This document shows, piece after piece, positions 59,601 to 64,000 of a stretch of DNA of 64,000 nucleotides. This stretch comes from Scyliorhinus canicula (lineage: Eukaryota). The position numbers and the translations under genes are program-made. Under the pieces are notes generated by a model, which saw nothing but the letters and a program-made list of their open reading frames with translations, was not told the origin of the DNA and ran no database searches. The stretch lies in contig NW_024055487.1 of NCBI RefSeq assembly GCF_902713615.1, positions 62,001 through 126,000 on the forward strand, written 5' to 3'. Each line of letters opens with the position of its first letter. The first letter of the stretch is position 1.

Positions 59601-60037
59601 GGACTCAACGCACAGTGATACACGACAGAGTCAGAGACTGTAACCACTGTGATATTTAAAGAAACTGCTGTCTTGTCTTGGTCTAAATCAGCCGAAAACT
59701 GGTCTGGGAAATCTGAAGACTTTTCCCCATCCCCCGTATTGCATTTCTTCAGTAAATATCTCGGAGCTTCTCCTGGATACTGGATGTACCAGAAGAGAGT
59801 CTGGCCAGGGTATTCCGTTTTGTAACTGCAGATCAATTTTGCCGTCCATCCATCCTGAACCGTTAATTCAGGCGGCTCCTGGGAAACTAAATCTTGGCCA
59901 TTGGTTCCTGTAACAACAGATAGAACGTGTGAGAACTCTGTGAGTAACATGACCCATGAAACACAGTCTGAGGATTTGAGCTCAGACTCACCGGGCAGCA
60001 AGACGTTTATTATAAGTAAAGCACACAGGGAGCACGT
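59601..60037 (-). pseudogene. TCR V, start codon ACG (leader 59992-60037, V exon 59601-59907)
   Basis: 46-nt leader homologous to the 22722 leader but beginning ACG; intact V exon ...LIC...LFWYIQYP...VYHCALSP; RSS CACATTA, 23-nt spacer, ACACAAACC. Confidence 0.85.
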
Positions 60038-60214
60038 GGTTCCTGATGGACAGTAAACAGCGATACTGTTTCAAATATGTTACTGTTTAAAGTGTGAGAT
60101 CAAAAGGTACACTCAGATCAGAGGCCATGATGTGGAGATGCCGGCGTTGGACTGTGGTGGACATAGTAAAAAATCTTACAACACCAGGTTAAATTCCAAC
60201 AGGTTTGTTGGGAA

Positions 60215-60251
60215 TCACTAGCTTTCGAAGCACAGCTCCTTCATCAGGTGA
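60215..60251 (-). ncRNA. Minimal hammerhead ribozyme motif in Penelope-like end
   Basis: TCAC-CTGATGA-A-GGAGC-TGT-GCTTC-GAAA-GCTA-GTGA. Confidence 0.6.
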
Positions 60252-60432
60252 GTCATTCTGTGGGAGGAAACGCACGCAGACAGGGGGAGAATGTTCAAAC
60301 TCTATACAGACTGTCACCTAGAATTGAACGCGGGACCTTGGAGCTGTGAGGCAGCAGTACCACTTTGCCTCCCTGTGATTGTCGACCCGCTCCAGTTTTT
60401 GTATGAGCCCCGCCGGGCCCTCATTCACTGTG

Positions 60433-60915
60433 GGTCTCAGCGCGCAGTAATACACGGCGCTGTCTGTCATCTTCAAATCTGTCACAGACAAGTGAAAAGT
60501 GCTTTGCGTCTGGTTGAGTTTCCCGCTGAAGTGTTCAAAGCTGGGAGCCGTCTGTTTAAATCCATTATTATCAACTCTGAGCAGATACTGAGGAGATCGG
60601 TGTGGATACTGACGATACCAGAACAGATAATATACTATAGCTGAATTCGATACCGAGTAACTACAGGGCATTGCTGAATCGTCACCCTCTTCTGCGTCGA
60701 CTCCTCGTTCTACCTGGGATACGGTGTCTCCCTTACTCATCCCTGAAATTAAACAACAAAAATACAGCGGGTTAAACGAATTAACATGGGGACGACGTGT
60801 ACCCGAAGATAGAAATGTAAATAAATATACGATTTGGGTAATTTAGGACAGGGGTTCAATATAACCGACCTGTTACCAGGACAATAACCAGAGACAGACA
60901 GAGTTTCACCCCCAT
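60433..60915 (-). CDS. TCR alpha/delta V segment (leader 60870-60915, V exon 60433-60742)
   Basis: MGVKLCLSLVIVLVT; MSKGDTVSQ...MPC...LFWYRQYP...DSAVYYCALRP; RSS CACAGTG, 23-nt spacer, ACAAAAACT (60394-60432). Confidence 0.94.
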
Positions 60916-61877
60916 GGCTCCAGTCTGAAGTCCAGAAACAGAGACAGTGATCACTGTCTGCAGCAGTCCTGCAATTGCGGAAGTTCAAACATTCAGAGGG
61001 ATGTCATGAGGTTAAATGCGATTTCTTCTCTCCGCCCATTTTCACGTCCTAAAATAGTCGCTTCCCCGGAGAAGGGAAACATGCTCTTTCATAAGCGATT
61101 AGAGAGCGCCCTCCCGTGGAAAACACGGCGCAAATTGAAAACAGACACACGGCCACTGCAAAGACATAAACTATAAAGAGACAACCATACAGACATAAGT
61201 TCCAACGTGCGTTGACATAAAACCAGAAGTGCTTTGGAGATTTTTGATATATATTAGTCTGAGTTGCTAACGATGAAAATACCTGAATAAATGTGCCTCC
61301 CATGTTCACCAGAAGCCTCGAACATATCGGAGAATCGACAGAAATATAGACACAGAGACAAGTAACCATACTGATAGATCCCCAAACTGATCTACTAAAA
61401 CATAGATACAGAGATCAACACTTAAATCGATAAATAAACAGAGTAACAGCGCCATAGATACAGAACCTTCGAATTTTCAGAGTGAGCTTTCTGAAATGGA
61501 ATTCCCTGAGGTTGTGTCAGTGTGGTAATGTCGGGGAGATATCCGTTGCCATTAAATTGTGCATTTTAGCAACATGAACATCCATGGAATGTATTTGTCA
61601 TTAACCGTGATCATGAATTTCTACATGCGACCAGATTGTGGACCCATTCGTAGAATCAGTGTTCGGGAATGCATGTATGTTTTACAGACAAGCGCATTCT
61701 CGAAGCTTCCGTAACATGAGGGAGATTAGAGTAAGACAACCATTCTCGGAGACATGCTATCGGATTTCAAGGAGAAAGGCTTCCTTGATCGGTAGATTGT
61801 GTCTCAGGATAGAATAGTGCGGCTAACAGAGAATTTGAAGTTTTGCTTTTCAGAATCGTACCCTGTACAATTGTATC

Positions 61878-62045
61878 GGGGCTAGTTTAGCACAGGGCTA
61901 AATCGCTGGCTTTTAAAGCAGACCAAGGCAGGCCAGCAGCACGGTTGAAATCCCGTACCAGCCTCCCCGAACAGGCGCCGGAATGTGGCGACTAGGGGTT
62001 TTTCACAGTAACTGAAGCCGACTTGTGAAAATAGCGATTTTCATT
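61878..62045 (+). mobile_element. Second SINE family
   Basis: GGGCTAGTTTAGCACAGGGCTAAATCGCTGGC... Confidence 0.75.
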
Positions 62046-62295
62046 TAATTTCATGATATTGCTATTGGTTGTTTCATTTATGTTTACAGCTTTGTCTGTT
62101 TGTCCATTCCACTGTCGATACAACTCTCTTCTATTTACCAATCTACTGTTGTATTAATTTTGGTCTCTGTTTACCGATCCAAATCTATCTATAACTCCAG
62201 TTATCTCCCTCGTCTTGTCAATCTCACACAAATTAACGCCTGTCTCCGAAGGAAGGGATTCATGTAAAGGAGCAAAAGGTTATCAGGTTAAATAT

Positions 62296-62740
62296 NNNNN
62301 NNNNNNNNNNNNNNNNNNNNNNNNNNNNNNNNNNNNNNNNNNNNNNNNNNNNNNNNNNNNNNNNNNNNNNNNNNNNNNNNNNNNNNNNNNNNNNNNNNNN
62401 NNNNNNNNNNNNNNNNNNNNNNNNNNNNNNNNNNNNNNNNNNNNNNNNNNNNNNNNNNNNNNNNNNNNNNNNNNNNNNNNNNNNNNNNNNNNNNNNNNNN
62501 NNNNNNNNNNNNNNNNNNNNNNNNNNNNNNNNNNNNNNNNNNNNNNNNNNNNNNNNNNNNNNNNNNNNNNNNNNNNNNNNNNNNNNNNNNNNNNNNNNNN
62601 NNNNNNNNNNNNNNNNNNNNNNNNNNNNNNNNNNNNNNNNNNNNNNNNNNNNNNNNNNNNNNNNNNNNNNNNNNNNNNNNNNNNNNNNNNNNNNNNNNNN
62701 NNNNNNNNNNNNNNNNNNNNNNNNNNNNNNNNNNNNNNNN
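62296..62740. other. Assembly gap (445 N)
   Basis: Run of N. Confidence 1.
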
Positions 62741-64000
62741 ACATCCCTGGCCTTGTATTCTAGCCCTCTTGACATGAATGCAAACATTGCATTTTCCTTC
62801 CTAACTGCCGACTGAATCTGCACGTTAACCTTAAAAGAATCGTGAACAAAGACTTGCAAGTCCCTTTGTGCTTCTCATTTCCGAAGCATTTCCCCATTTA
62901 GAAAATAGTCTATGCCTAAATTCCTTCTTCCAAAGTGCATAACCTCACACTTTTCCACGTTACATTTCATCTACCACTTCATTGCCCACTCTCGTAGTCT
63001 ATCCAAATCCTTCTGCAGCCCGCGTGCTTCCTCAATACTACCTGTCCCTCTACAGATCTTTGTATCAACTGCAACTTAACAACCGTGCCTTCAGTACCTT
63101 CTTCCAGATCATTAATGTATGTTGTGAAAAGTTGTGGTCCCGGCTCAGACCCCTGAGGCACACCTCTAGTCACCAGCTGCCATCCTGAAAACGACCCCTT
63201 TATCCTCATTCTCTGCCTTCTGGCAGTCAGCCAATCCTCTTTCCATGCCAGGATCTTGTCCTTAACACCATGGTCTCTTAACTTATTTAACAAACATCTA
63301 TGTGGCTCCTTATTAAACGGCTTCTGGAAATCTAAATAAATGACGTCCACTGGTTCTCCTTTGTCTAACATCCTTGTCACATCCTCAAAGAACTCTAACA
63401 GATTTGGCAGACATGACCTCCCTTTGACAAAGCCATGCTGACTCAGTCCTGTTTTGCCATGCACTTCCAAGTACTCCACGATCATATTTTTAATAGCAGA
63501 TTCTAAAATCTTACCAATGACCGAAATCCGGCTAACCGGCCTATAATTTTCCGTCTTCTGCCTCCCTCCATTCTTAAACAGTGATGTTACATTCGCCACT
63601 TTCCAGTCATCTTGGACCCTTCTTGCCTCTAGTAGCTCCTGAAAGATTACCACCTATGCCTCCACCATCTCCTCAGTTATCTCTGGGGTGTAGTCCATCC
63701 AGTCAAGGTGACTTATCCACCTTCCGACCCTTCAGTTTCTCCAGAACCTGCTCCTTAGTGATGGCCACTGCACGTACCTCTGCTCCCTGATTCTCTTGGG
63801 GCTCTGGCACCCCAGTCTTCCACCGTGAAGACTGATGCAAAGTAACTATTCAGTTCGTCTGCCATTTCTTTGTTTCCTATTATTACTTCTCCAGCCACGT
63901 TTTCCAATGATTTAACATCTATTTTTGCCTCTCTCTTACCTTTTATATATTGAGAAAAACTATTCCTATTTTATTTTATATTACTAGCCAGCTTGCACTA
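62741..64000 (-). mobile_element. CR1-like LINE RT fragment
   Basis: ENYRPVS..S, QHGFVKGRSCL, YLDFQK.F, GVPQGS.LG motifs in ORF 62979-63653. Confidence 0.9.

Noticed and set aside
62215-62859. ORFs of 153-199 aa
   Set aside because: They span the N gap
1-64000. IgH-type V, NAR-TCR V, D, J or C segments, or 12-spacer RSSs
   Set aside because: No YYCAR-type VH, no FGXG J motif with a preceding RSS and no constant exon seen by eye; alpha versus delta assignment therefore left open

Overview
Vertebrate genomic DNA, almost certainly a cartilaginous fish (shark-type V-SINE/HE1-like SINEs, CR1, Rex1 and Penelope-like repeats; the species is inferred, not proven). The window is part of a T-cell receptor V-segment array, most consistent with TCR alpha/delta. 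I found 15 V segments or remnants in both orientations. Seven look potentially functional (leader, V exon, RSS with a 22-24 nt spacer); the others are truncated, frameshifted or have lost hallmark residues. No D, J or C segments and no IgH-type V were seen. The V array is interleaved with about 17 tRNA genes, pseudogenes and fragments (Pro, Val, Arg, Asn, His, Thr) carried on dispersed and inverted segmental duplications. The most notable observations are: (1) tRNA-Pro(CGG) and tRNA-Pro(TGG) genes with 18-nt introns at the canonical 37/38 position; (2) a V segment with leader and V in one exon; (3) CTCF-consensus motifs about 25 bp behind V RSSs and in a duplicated decamer+CTCF module; (4) a nested inverted duplication that decapitated a V segment; (5) a TSD-flanked tRNA-Pro/SINE chimeric insert; (6) minimal hammerhead ribozyme motifs in Penelope-like repeats. 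There is a 445-N assembly gap at 62296-62740. All alignments were done by eye, so repeat boundaries are approximate.
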